From positions 62,001 through 96,348 of the forward strand of contig JAPEUD010000085.1 in assembly GCA_026026165.1 (NCBI GenBank): DNA of 34,348 nt, read 5' to 3'. Source of the stretch: Sarea resinae. Its lineage: Eukaryota. How positions within the stretch are numbered: the stretch's first letter is position 1; each line of letters begins with the position of its first letter. Under the pieces are notes generated by a model. That model saw nothing but the letters and a program-made list of their open reading frames with translations. It did not search any database and was not told where the DNA came from. Positions 21,963 through 33,725 of this stretch are shown here, in pieces. The translations under genes and the position numbers were made by a program.

Positions 21963-24335
21963 CTATGTACCACCGATAGTATAATTGGAAGGAACATTGG
22001 TATTCAAAATACTCGCGTCCAGCTGTGCTGATAAAGCATCCGTGAAAGTTTGGATGCCATTGCTGGTCAAAGTACTGAGAATCGGAATGATGGCCGAGCT
22101 CTCGCACTTGGAACCATCGTGCACGGCAGTCGTGGTTGAAACACTTCGCTTGAAGTTGACGCCAGGGGATACGGTAGCGCTTTTGGGCACGGCAAAAGTA
22201 AGCAAGCAATTCGTGCTGTTTTTTTTTTGTGAAAGCAGGAGAAAAAAAGTCCGCCTTGTTACCTGAAGCGGAAGACTTACCAATTATATTGACTTTGCAG
22301 GGCACGCAGCTGACAGATCTCGGCAGCCTTGCAGTCGTCGTCGCAAGTCGACGCATCATACCCTCTGGATTTCCTCGAATAGTACTCTTGGAAGACCGTA
22401 TCATTGCTTTCGAGAAGAGCCGTCACATCATGCCAGAACGCCGGTGTCAGCTCGGCGCTTGCGTCCGTGACAGGTGGGGTGAGGAGTGGGCCGTAGGTTT
22501 CTTTCACGCTGTACAAAAGCTCCCTATGCGAGATTATTAATACAAAACTGGTATGATACTGTGGTCACACAACGTCTTACCAGGTTGGACCATCTTGGTA
22601 ATTTGGGCTGGAGATATTGGTGTAGTAGACGCTGTAGTCCAGAATGGCAAAGGTTACGGGGTCGACCGAATAGACCCGGAAGGTGGGATTTCCGCTGGTG
22701 GGCGTGAGAGCTGGAGCAATGTACGCGACCATGTTCGCCGTCGCCGAGGTCTGGTTCGTGTAGTCGGAATAGCTGATCTCGAACTCGTCCTTGTGGGTGT
22801 GGCCAAAGAACGTTGCAACGATGGTGGCGTCAAAGCGCCGAATAATTTGGTCGAAATACTCGGAATGGTCATGGAACGCATCTGAAGCTCCCATTGGCAT
22901 ATGTCCCAACAGCCATACTCTTTCGCCCGCCGTTTCCGCTGCTTCCAACTCTGATACCAGCCAGGCCAGAATTCCCGCGGGATCCCTTTCCATTGTGGAT
23001 TCGTACATCCAGAAGTTCTCCTTGTACCAGAAATTCGTGTTGATGCTGATAATTCGAAGACTAGTGGAGTCATGAAGTACTGAATAGCAACCGTAGTTCG
23101 CCGCGGCGTCAGCAGCGGAAGACGATCCAATCCAGCTGTCCCAATTGGTGGAAAGACTGTTGTAGACGAATTGTGTGCTGTAGCTCGTATCGACGGCTGG
23201 CGGTGGGAAGGAATTGACTGGAGCAGCATCGTGATTGCCAACAACCCCATAGACTGATCCGAGATTGAGACTCTTCATAGTTGAATAGGCACTGTTGATA
23301 TCATTGCCGACCTCGTTCTCTGTGAACGCTCATCAGCATGTTGGACAGTTCGTCAATGGAAGTTTGCTTGCCAGACACCAGCCAGACCGCTCCCTCGACA
23401 ATATCGCCAGTGAAGATGCTGAACAAAGGAACTTAGATTTAATCTACATGAGGGACAACAAGCTTACGTGAATGCCCTATCTGGCACAAGCGCATCAATG
23501 GCACGGTATAGGCTCTCCTCAAGAGACAGCGGGGTGTCACAAGCGGGATTTCCATACGGACCAGCTGGGTAGCTGTTATTCCCAGGTTCGTCGGATGATG
23601 TATAGGGCCGACAGCAGATATTCTTGTTGCAGGAGTAGCTCGCCCCAGCCTCATAGCTGAGGTCCACGTGGATATCTGAGATGTGGACGACCTGAATCGG
23701 CGTTTCTCCACTTACGTTTGGGCGAGACATATTTGGCTTCGGGGACATGCTCACCGCGTAAGGCTCGATGTCGGGCCATGGACACAACCCGAAAATTGTC
23801 ATGCAGAATAGCTGGGATGTGCTGGTGCCGACAGTCATCGAACGAAGGTCATGAGCAAGGATTGGACCTTCTAGTGATATTGCTCCTGTACTTTCGGACT
23901 GTTAGCCACCCATCTTCGCTGTCGCTAGAGCATAGACATAGTATACCAGACATCTGAGTCTTCCACTCCCTGTTTCCATTAGCCGGTTGCGTGTGTTCGA
24001 AGGCCAGCATGGTTAACCTACCAAATCGATGCAAATATTGGCGATCGTGTCAACAAACTTGTCGTTGCCAACGTGCGCCAATGCTTTCAAAGCAACAAGC
24101 AATGTCTGCAGAACGGGTCAGCAATCTCGGCGATCATGGCCATTATCAAGTAGAAACAAGAACACACCTCGCAAGCATCACAACCAGACGCGCTTTTAGC
24201 ATCGGAAAGAATTGTTGAGACATTGCTACGCTTCCAAAGAACATTACCGATTTCTCTATCAGTGTCAAGGTCTGACAAGGCCGACACAATCACTGGCAAT
24301 GCAGCAAGAGAGCCGAGGATGGTCGAAAATTTCAT
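21963..24335 (-). CDS. Secreted acid sphingomyelinase-like phosphodiesterase (saposin-like + metallophosphoesterase), about 8 exons
   Basis: Signal peptide MKFSTILGSLAALPVIVSA, saposin-like CDACE...NICIDL, and metallophosphoesterase motifs HISDIHVD, FTGDIVEG, VVGNHD, LLGHMP, FFGHTHKD, TPTSGNPTFRVY. Splice sites are canonical and include a 23-nt micro-exon (GVEDSDVC). Stop at 21963. Confidence 0.93.
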
Positions 24336-25435
24336 CTTCAAGGCCGTCTTCTTCAGTCGTGCTTTACTAGGGCCCTCGAGAAGTGCCTGCAGATATCGAG
24401 ATGGTAGCACCGGCTCGTATTTTGCTTTAACGATTGATTTTTGATGAGGAACTTAGGAGCGCAAAGTAGACTATCATCGTCAGCGCTCATTAACGACACT
24501 TTTGTCTTTCATCGCGCCCGGCGCTCCTTCGTCAAGAGTGCACGAGGACGACCCACAGAACGAACCTCTCACGAGCCCGACCACATGGAAATGGTCCTTA
24601 GGATATCAGTTCCAACGTCACTTTGCTGCCCATCTAACATATCCAAAGCGTCCAGCGTATGCTTGCCAATGGCTAGAAAGATCTTCCATGATGATGCCCC
24701 TTTCTTACCATCCCGGCGCGGCATCTTGGCACAGAACGCTTGAGGTTGCGAGGCATTTAGCCGTCGGGTCAATCGATAGTTGGCGAAACTGCTTGGCTAG
24801 AAAGGACCCCACTATATACGAGAGCCCGACAAAGTTCCGCTACCCGTACACACCACGGATAATCTCACGAGCTTGCTAGGTACGAAGCGGATCGCGTCTA
24901 TGACAAAGCCCAGATCCATACGGAAGCTGAAAAGCAGTCTATTTGTGTTCACACGTGCTCAAGCACGGTAGCGATTAGCGACAACACCGAACCAGATAAG
25001 TGATAAAATACTGGGATCTGGTATCCAGATAATGCGTTCTGCGAATATAGAAGTCAGACACTTCCCGACGCCACTTTAGAGAAGCCGTATCAAGCGAGAA
25101 AACCTCTGCTCTATCAATTAACAATTTCAAGGTTGATCTTTCTGGGGGAGGTTGCTTTCCTGCAAAGAATCTACCTATCAATCTATCTTTGATGCGAGTG
25201 ACGTGTTTCGGCACTGTCATGGCACAGTAGAAGCTGTGATTGGCGACAGGCCCTCGGAAGAGATGGAGGGGTACGCCAGGCTGAGATCAGTGGTATCCAT
25301 GGTTGTATCATAGATGCGCTGTATCATATAAGTGTATGAACGGCCTGGAAATTAGGCAAAGCATCAGGTAACGAACAGTTTCCGACAGCACATGCCGTAT
25401 TGTTCATAATTCTCTGACCCTACGTAGATACCAAT

Positions 25436-27221
25436 ATGTCCTTTTCGCTCCAAGATCAGCAGAGGGTCTTCCTTGCCTACAGAGCTCTCTTCGAAGGGTC
25501 TAACGCGCAATTACGCAAGCAGAAGAAGATCAAGCAGTTGGCCCAGTCGCACAAGAAGTCTTCAAAGACACTGGTCCAAGCCCTTGGGCTCGACAGGATC
25601 GTCATCATTCTAAAGCACCTGCTGGAACGTGGGATATTCGAGTCTGAGTCGAGAGCTAGAAAAGCATTCCCCCTGCTGTTTCAGACTACCGCAAAGCAGA
25701 ACGCTCAGCACAGCGCTCTGGAGATTGGAGCGGCAAATTTAGAAGCACAAGCCCTGGAAGGAGCGGAGGCTATGGATCAAATTAATTGTGACCGGGACGA
25801 TGAAGATGAAGACTTAGGAGATGACGAGGATCTTTTTGACAAATATAGGCCCCATGGTATGCATCTTATAGTGAAGGGTTAGATTTTTACTGAACAGTCT
25901 ATCAGAACCGCAAGAAAAGGCCAGCCATTCATGTAGCGTCCCATCACTGTATCCAGCATATATTCCTTACCGAACTCAACACCTCATTTTGACGGCTGCT
26001 CAGCGGTTGCTCGAAGAATGCTGCTTTCATTTCACGATGAAATGGTCGCCTTCATTGATAAAACAGAAACATTGGGACTGCCCTGAAGCAATTGAGCTGA
26101 ACAACTGGACGCACACGATGAAGAGTCACCACCAAAAACTCCCTCCCAACGCCTTTCGCGACAATTCTCCATCAGCTGTTCCAGCTGCTTTGGTATCAGT
26201 GAACGCTCTTCGCCATTCCGCTGTTCATCGTCTTCACACGAGTGCAAAAGGCATCAGTGAGATGGTACATTCGGCGGCAGCATTTGCGGATTTGTTAGGT
26301 GACACATCAAGGCAGCTGCAATTGGAAGAGTTGCATCGCGAGCTTGAAAGCAAGCTCAGGGCCCAGGAACTTCATAAGAATTATCTTGAGACTAGAATCA
26401 ACCAGGAGTTCGACGAGATTGGCGCTCTTCGGGAAGCGCTTGACAAGAGAGAGAAAGAAGCCGTGGCCACCTTTCTCAAAGAGGATCGCGAGAATCAATT
26501 CATTATAGGGTCGTTGTTAGAGGACTCTGTGCGAGAGACGTTACCGAAAGAGAAAGGGCTCGAAATTGGAGTAGACCCAGTCCGACAAGGTGTAGACCCT
26601 GAGGACGAAGCGGGAGTTATCGAGCTAGAAAAAGACTATCCTAGTGACATGGGAGATGTTCCAGAAGGATTACCTCTAGGAAAGGCGGAAGAATATGACT
26701 CTTCTCCTTCGAAGGAGTTATTATTAGGGGCCTTGTCGGCAGAGGAATTGTCTGATAAGGAACGGCCTGTAGAGGACCAGCCAGCGGAGGAACCAAGCGC
26801 AGGAGAACCAGAGCCAGACGTACAACAATGGGAATTGCCAGAGCTTAGAGAGTCGAGCCCGGAAAAGATCGAAAAGGGATTTTCTGATATGGAGCTACCA
26901 GCACATACTACCGAAGAGTCATTGCATGAAGCGCCAGAGAACGAGTGGATAAACAGACCGGCATCGGGAATACAATTGGCAGAAAGTATACCACTAGAAG
27001 AGGAACCAGCGGACGAACCCCAAGCGACAAAAATGTACGACGTTGTCGATGACTCCGTGCAGGCAGAGCAGGAATCGCCACTAGAAACAGAAGTCTTACA
27101 AGAAATTGTAGGGACTGACGATCCGCATGTTAGAACAGACCTTGGCTGTTCTATCGTGCATATGTTAGATGAGAACGACCAGATTGTTCGGGATGAGATA
27201 CGTAGCCTATTTCTCGACTAG
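25436..27221 (+). CDS. Conserved fungal protein with WDCPEAIELN and RxxxxH (RHSAVH) motifs, coiled coil and acidic disordered tail; exons 25436..25856 and 25906..27221
   Basis: Intron GTATGC (25857) to TCAG (25905) joins ORFs 25436 and 25989 in frame via EPQEK...PSLYPAYIPYRTQHLILTAAQRLLEECCF. Confidence 0.8.
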
Positions 27222-28000
27222 AAGGAGTATTCAAAGCCAGGGTATAGTTTGAATGCATTTCGAATTTCGAGTATACGCGCTACACATAGAAAAGCTCGAG
27301 TTGAGGGCTTTTTACGATGTGTAGGCAACATATTGCCGCGTTTTAAGCTTGTAAGATTGTTTTCATCAATTGAATCTGATACAGGACCAGTCGTTTCACT
27401 CGTACCTTGTAAATGACTAGATGCCCTGACACTAATCGTATTATAGCTATGGCGCTCAGATTTGTAGGGTCTCCTGCTCCTCTTACAATCAACCGCTGCT
27501 ACAAGCATCTGATATGTTTATTAGACCCTTCTATCACCCTGCAGCCTCACCCTGTAAGTTTACCGTTGGCGCCCCTAATGTTGTAGCCTTGTCCCTGCAC
27601 TATTGCCTAATTTATCCTGATCCTAACCGCTTTCTCTGAGCTTCCGGCACAGACCGCACTTTAATTGGCATGGTGATAGAGTCAGTGCCTGGCTGAAAGG
27701 CGGATTCGCTGATTTCTATCCGAGTCTCTCTTTCTTAAGCGTGGTGACAGAAGTTTGCGTACAGCTAGGGTCTTAGCGCTCTCTATTAGCATTAAGCTCT
27801 CCTATAAGGGATTCTAGATAGATTTAAGCCTTTAAGTTTGCGGATACTGTTAAGGGCTGCAATGTTTGCTCCTTTAGAGCGAAATAGCAGGACTACTACT
27901 AGTTAAGATGTGTCGAACAATCTAAGCACAGACCCAAGCCTTAAATACTATCAATAGGGACAATCCCTCGTCATAATTGAAATCCATCTTTAAATAAGCT

Positions 28001-28950
28001 TCATTCAACTTTGACAAACGGACATATACTATACAAATCATTCCAGTACACAAGGTTACTGAGAAAATCATCCGACAAGTCAAGCTGAGAGAAATCTTCC
28101 TTCTTTGGTACTCGTGCTAACGAGTGCACCTTCCCGGCTCTGTCCCAGCCGAAATACCCAGCCATTTCCCAATCGATGACTCCTACTATCCTGTCGTCTC
28201 GAACGATGATATTTGAAGGATTGAAGTCATTATGCATCAGTCCCAAGTCCTCGTCTAATCCACTCTCACTAGGACCAAACAGCAATCTATACTCTAGATC
28301 TCGAAGATGACGATGCTTGACTGGATCATTGTCGGGTTCAACATAAGATGGTTTGGAGAACGGAGACTTGATCGCATTCATTTGTAGCAGCAGCTGACGC
28401 GATTGACCTTTGAACGAGGCTTTTTGCTCGGAGGACAGATAGTCCCAAGCCACCTCTAAGATAACGCCAGGGATACGCGATTGGATCAGGACATCCTGTC
28501 CATGAATCTAGTTTCTGTTAGCTGTATAAACAAAGACCCTTCCCACCTTCGACGCGGAGGCTTTCTCACCTTGCCTGCAAAGTATATCTGCGGCGTCTGA
28601 ATACCGGTCAGGACCTCGCGTACACAGGCAATGGCTTGCATCTCGTTTGCATCCACCAACGCATAGTCTTTGCTGTCGGGACGCGCCCTGAGGTGGTCGG
28701 ATTTGATAATAATACTTCCGACTGCAAAGACATCTCTACCCGCATCGGGGACGTCATAGAGCCGCGTAGTCGTGTCGCACATCTGTAGTACCCCTTTCCA
28801 GTATTCGAAGGCCTCGGGCGTAGTCGAATTTAGATACTTTGGATCGGGCTTGAAGTCATCGTCGCGCTGAAGGTAGCGGCCGTAGAGAGGAACATCATGG
28901 TACCGGTCCGTGTCTGGGACCTTGGCAGGGTCGGCTTCGTAAGGATTCAT
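28001..28950 (-). CDS. APH-family phosphotransferase; exons 28950..28570 and 28507..28001
   Basis: RDVFAVGSIIIKS, DANEMQAI, PQIYFAGK|IHGQDVLIQSRIPGV, LMHNDFNPSNIIVRDDRIVGVIDWEMAGYFGW. Intron 28569..28508 (GTGAGA/CTAAC/TAG). This is the last intact gene before the telomere. Confidence 0.9.
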
Positions 28951-29725
28951 GGCATTCGAGGCTGGACTGGAAAGGCGCCAAGATGTGAACCTCGTTGTCG
29001 TTCCCTTGCTATCGACAGTTTGATGTCCGCCCGATGATGCTGTCTTGAGGCAGGAACCACGCGTTTCTTGACAACGCTGCCCTGAATCCTGTTGGACTGT
29101 CCGCCTCTATTAACAGAGGAAACAGATCAGTGCTACTGATTCTCTTCTGCGAACTCGAATTTACAATACTAACCTCTGAACTAAGTTTCAGCGGGCGGGG
29201 CCTTATTACCTCGCCGTGCAGCTCACTGACCCTATCCTCAATGCCACACCGGAATCGACGTGGATTCCGGTGGGAACGCCTATACAAAACTTAAGCGAAC
29301 TTCGAACAACAGGGGGTGGATTCTAGTGGCAAAGAGAGGTTGATTCTAGTAGAACCCTAACCGCATTGCAGGCCGCGATCCCGCCGGGATCGAGGAGACG
29401 TACCCTGACCGCCCGCCACGCGCGCGTCGCCTATTGGCCGGCCCGGCCGGCAGAACGAAAAAGCACGGCGGGATTAATATACACAGGATGTAGGTTAGGA
29501 TTAGAAGTTTTCACAGTCAGTTAGGATTTTCTAACTATAATAACTCTACAACCACGCATTGCATAGAGACAATTTTGCGACAAGTTCTATTCTAATTTAA
29601 TGACTCTAAAGATCTATTACATTGTTATATAATTATTTGGTATGCGTAATAAGATGCACTAGTATAAGTGTAAAGAAGCTGATTCTATAAGTTTCTTAGG
29701 GTAGAAGGTAGCTACATATAGTTTC

Positions 29726-29806
29726 TCGCTTATATTTCTTGTTTTATTTCTCTCTAGTCGCTTATATTTCCTGTTTTGTTTCTCTCTAGTTGCTTATATT
29801 CCTATT
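29726..29806 (+). repeat. 32-bp tandem repeat, about 2.5 copies
   Basis: tcgcttatatttcttgttttatttctctctag (29726-29757), tcgcttatatttcctgttttgtttctctctag (29758-29789), and a partial third copy from 29790. Confidence 0.9.
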
Positions 29807-29885
29807 ATCTACCCTTAAATCCTAAGTTTAATCTAAACTGATTTTTTCTAACTAAGATCTATATTCTTATAGCATCTAATACACT

Positions 29886-32800
29886 ATACCTCTTAAATGT
29901 AGACGCCCTAAGAAATACAATACTAAAGAGAAGCTGCAGGCTACCTAGCAAGTGTCTTACCTAAGGTTATACTATAAATAAAAATCTGTTTAAAAAGAAG
30001 CGCTACTAGAGAAGGCTTTGTCCTAGTAAGAGAATAGCATTGCTTTTATCTTTAAACATCTTAAAGTCCTTTCTTTAGCTGCTGCTAATAATAATACACT
30101 ACCTATTAATCTTTCTACAGGCCTTTTCTCTAATAAATATATTATCTCTCCTAACATTAAAGAGAAAGAGGTAGAGCAAGCTAAGAGAGTAGTAGTGCAA
30201 GCTAAGGAAGAGGTAATTTAAGTAGAGAAAGAAGCAGAGCATATTAATCCTATTCTTACTAGTTAGTTAAGTTAGAGCTCTTCTATCTAATCTATTTGCT
30301 AATTCTTTCTCTAGAGCCTCTAGCTAAGTAAGAGCTAATATTTTGTGTTGCCTATTCTGTTAAGAGTTTACTATCTAGTTCCTTAGGATCTACTACAATA
30401 AGTACTAGTAATAGTAGCTTACTACCTCTACTTGCTACTCTTACAAACACTAGACTACTTAGACTAAATATTCTGCAGCTTCTTATAAAGCATCTCTATT
30501 CTTTTTAAGGATGTTCTAAGGAAGAACATATAGGTCTAGATAATAAAGACAACAGATACAATCTAAGTAGTTATACCTTTAAATAATTTGTCTAATATCT
30601 TACCTTTAAAGAGTATAGCTATCTAGACGTCCTTTGCAATCACAACACTATAGCGACTATAGAGATATTAAGGAATTTCACACCTAAAGCTTAGCGACTA
30701 ATCTTTATAGAGAAAGAACCTAGAGAGAATAATAACAATATTATCTCTCTTAACTTTTCTCCTACATATATTAAGCACCTTTAAGAGAACTATCTACACT
30801 TCTACAATTAGGATAGCTAGGTTTAATTTAATATTAACAGCTTCCTAGCATTTCCTACTAGCCTTGCAGTAGCTAAAAATAGCCTTAAGTAGAACTCTCT
30901 TTAATTAATATTAGTGCTCTAGATTCTAATATACACCTCTTAATACAAGTGTCTTATTTTAATTCTAATAATAATCACTAAGTTTAGGAAATAAAGCTAT
31001 TGTTCTAGGTCTCTTATTATGTCCTAGGGTAGCTAGTTAGATTTTAAGATATTACTATCTATCTACTGTTTCTACACCTCTACTCTACTTCTTAAAAGGT
31101 TAGTCGCCTTACAAACAACGAGTTTAAAATGTAGATAGAAGAGATCCTACTTTCTTCTGTCTATTATACAGCTAATTCCTACTAGAAGCAGCAGTATCCT
31201 AGTAATTACAACTATATTATTATAAATACTCTAGCACGCTTATAAGAAGCTGTGTTTAGCAAGGCTTATAGTGTAGGCTAGAAGCAGGTTCTTATCTACT
31301 TTCTTTAGCTTAAGCTACTTAATTCTATCTAGTAGGAGATTGTTAATCGCACTTAAACAGCAAGACATCACTATTTCTAAGGTGTGACTATGCTTCTAAG
31401 TGCAATAAACCTTAAAGGGCAGACTTTAGCCTAGACCTTTTCTAGATTAGAGAAGATATAGACAAAGCCTTTTAACTACTATTTAGATCTACAATATCTT
31501 AATAAGAGCTGCACCTAGGTTAATCTTAGCAAAGAGGAATGCTACTATAAGAGCAAACTAGCTACTAACTTAACTAAAAGCAAGGCTATACTATTAACCT
31601 ATACCTAGTAGTCCTACTACCTTAATTCCTACTATTAGTAGTCTCTCTATAGTAAACATTAAAAGCGTAGTTATTAGACCTTGTATCTTATTGCTCTTTT
31701 AAGAGATATAGCTGTAATAACTATTACTACTAGTCCTTAGTTAGCTAGTTAATTAGCTAGCCTCTTTTATAGTTAATTCTATCTAGCTATAAAGGAGATC
31801 TTTACTGCTAGAGAGTAGTACCTCTTTACTAATTCTAGAATTAAAGCTCTTGCTCTTAACCTGCAATTCTAATTAACTCTCTACTATATAGAGAGAGAGC
31901 GATAAAAGAGCACTACTAAGACTCTAAGGAGTTCTTACTTTCACACTAAAGCTTATTGTAATACTACACTAACTAGCTTAATAAAGAAGTTATTTAGGAT
32001 TTGTAAGGAATATTATATAACCCTATAACTCTATAAGCAGATTTAAGAACAATTCTGCTAGAAAGAGCTCTATAACTAGCCTCTCTAGCAGATAAAAGAA
32101 GTTTAGCACTAGCTAAATTATTAGGTTATCTCTATAAAGATTATACTCTAATACCTCTAATAGAATGTGAATAAGTTCTGCGTTAGATTTAAGTTGACTC
32201 TTAGTCTTACTAATCCTAAATTTATCTGTTAGAAGTATACCCTTATAATAGTGATATTCCTTTACTATCTCTAGTTTGCTTATAGCAGGCAACGACTTTA
32301 ATAAGAGAGTGCTCTCTAGCTATCTAAGAAGACTAACACTAATAGAAAAGTGTTTAAAGGAATAGGATTATTATATACTCTTAATCTCTATAGCTATACA
32401 TAGCTGTAAAACAAGCTAGACTAGAAAAAGATAACCTTTAAAGAGCCTTACACTTCTTATATCACTTTTAGCAACTAAGTGCTAGCTTAGAACTATACTA
32501 AACGTTAGGCCTAAGTCTAAGATACTACTAATAAGTTTATAAAGATAGATTAGGTTCTTAGCTAGCTGCCTTAGTTTAAGCACTACAGTACCTATTATAA
32601 GGGTCTTTAACTATAGATTATTATAACCTTATACACTATGTATTAAAAGGATGTCTTTAACTATAAGAGCTTTTACAAGCTGCTCTAGCCTAACTATTAG
32701 AAGAATACTGTAAATAGTTAACTGTCTATATATTTCCTAAACATCTAAAAGGCATTCTAGTAGGATCCTAGCCTTAGAGAGAGACATATAGAGTTTGTTA

Positions 32801-33345
32801 TCACTTATAGTTAACATTTAAAATATAAGTTACTATAGGACTTAGTAGACTAGCTGTAGGATCTAGCATAGCCTGCTAGCTAGACACTTAGTTGCTAGGA
32901 TAATAAACGTTAATATTAGAATAATAAGCTCTATTACAACCTAATAGCATAGGTCTACAGTTAGTATAAAGCAGTGTATAAGAAGCAGTTAGCTTAGTAT
33001 ATACTCTTATAAGTAAAGAAGATTTTTATCGCAACCTATTAGATAGTGCTCTATCTAGTCTATAATAGATTTACCTAAAAGAACAAACAGAGTTAATAGT
33101 TATAGTAGTTGTCTATCTATCCTAGTATTAGGTTAGGATACTAACACTACCTTAGAGATAATACTATCTTATTCTAAGAATGTTTAGAAGCTAGTAATAC
33201 AGGTTAGCGCTTTACTAGCTATAATGCTAAAGCTATAAATTTTCTAGCCCTAATAGAGCTAGAAGTCTAAGACATATCTATTAACACGTTCTATAACAAT
33301 CTGCAGGCTATATAGTAAGACAAACTATAATTAATAAGTAGATAG
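29886..33345 (+). pseudogene. RIP-degraded ORF (~1100 codons) of an uncharacterised fungal family with an N-terminal AT-hook
   Basis: As read, with C>T/G>A reversal in brackets: 29886 IPLKCRRPKKY [MPPKRGRPKKY]; 30827 FNINSFLAFPTSLAVAK [FDIDSF...]; ~31010 VSYYVLG*LVRF*DITIYLLFLHLY; 31519 VNLSKEEC [VDLGKEEC]; 31762 LFYS*FYLAIKEIF; 31993 FRICKEYY [FGIREEY]; 32161 *NVNKFCVRFK [WNVNKFCVGFE]; 33025 FIATY*IVLYL [FIATHWIVPYP]. Stops are almost all TAA/TAG; a few frameshifts. The 3' end is approximate. Confidence 0.7.
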
Positions 33346-33549
33346 GCTACTCTAATTAGCTACTTCTAACCACTTATTATAGCGTGTGTGCTAATCTCTA
33401 TCCCTATTAATAAACTAGTAATCTTACCTTTAAGCCTAATATATTATATTAAAACATCTACCTTTCCTTTTCTAGCTCACTCTTTAAGCTTAATATATTA
33501 TGTTAAAACTTTAATAATAAGAGAGTACTAGGTACCTTATACCTCTCTT

Positions 33550-33725
33550 TGTTAGTGCTAAGACTCTAAACAATCTAGTAGAGCTCCTCTAACACCTTAG
33601 TAGTTATCCCTATAAAAAGTCTAGTAAGGCTCCTCTAACACCTTAGTAGTTGTCCCTATAAAAAATCTAGCGAGGCTCCTCTAACACCTTAGCAATTGTC
33701 ACACTCTGTTAGCGCTAAGACTCTA
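33550..33725 (+). repeat. 46-bp tandem repeat (about 2.8 copies) flanked by a 19-bp direct repeat
   Basis: Units start at 33574, 33620 and 33666 (core gctcctctaacaccttag). Flanks are tgttagtgctaagactcta (33550-33568) and tgttagcgctaagactcta (33707-33725). Confidence 0.9.

Noticed and set aside
27540..27960. TA-rich stretch with an ankyrin-like LLFRSKGANIAALNS on the minus strand
   Set aside because: A single short resemblance with no second repeat or TPLH-like motif; cannot be supported.
29340..29395. Hairpin plus CTAG as a canonical Helitron 3' end on the minus strand
   Set aside because: The hairpin is about 25 nt from CTAG, the next base is A rather than T, and no Rep/PIF1 helicase motifs are seen.
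33574..33700. 46-bp repeats as a CRISPR-like array
   Set aside because: Units are contiguous with no unique spacers, and the context is eukaryotic with no cas genes.
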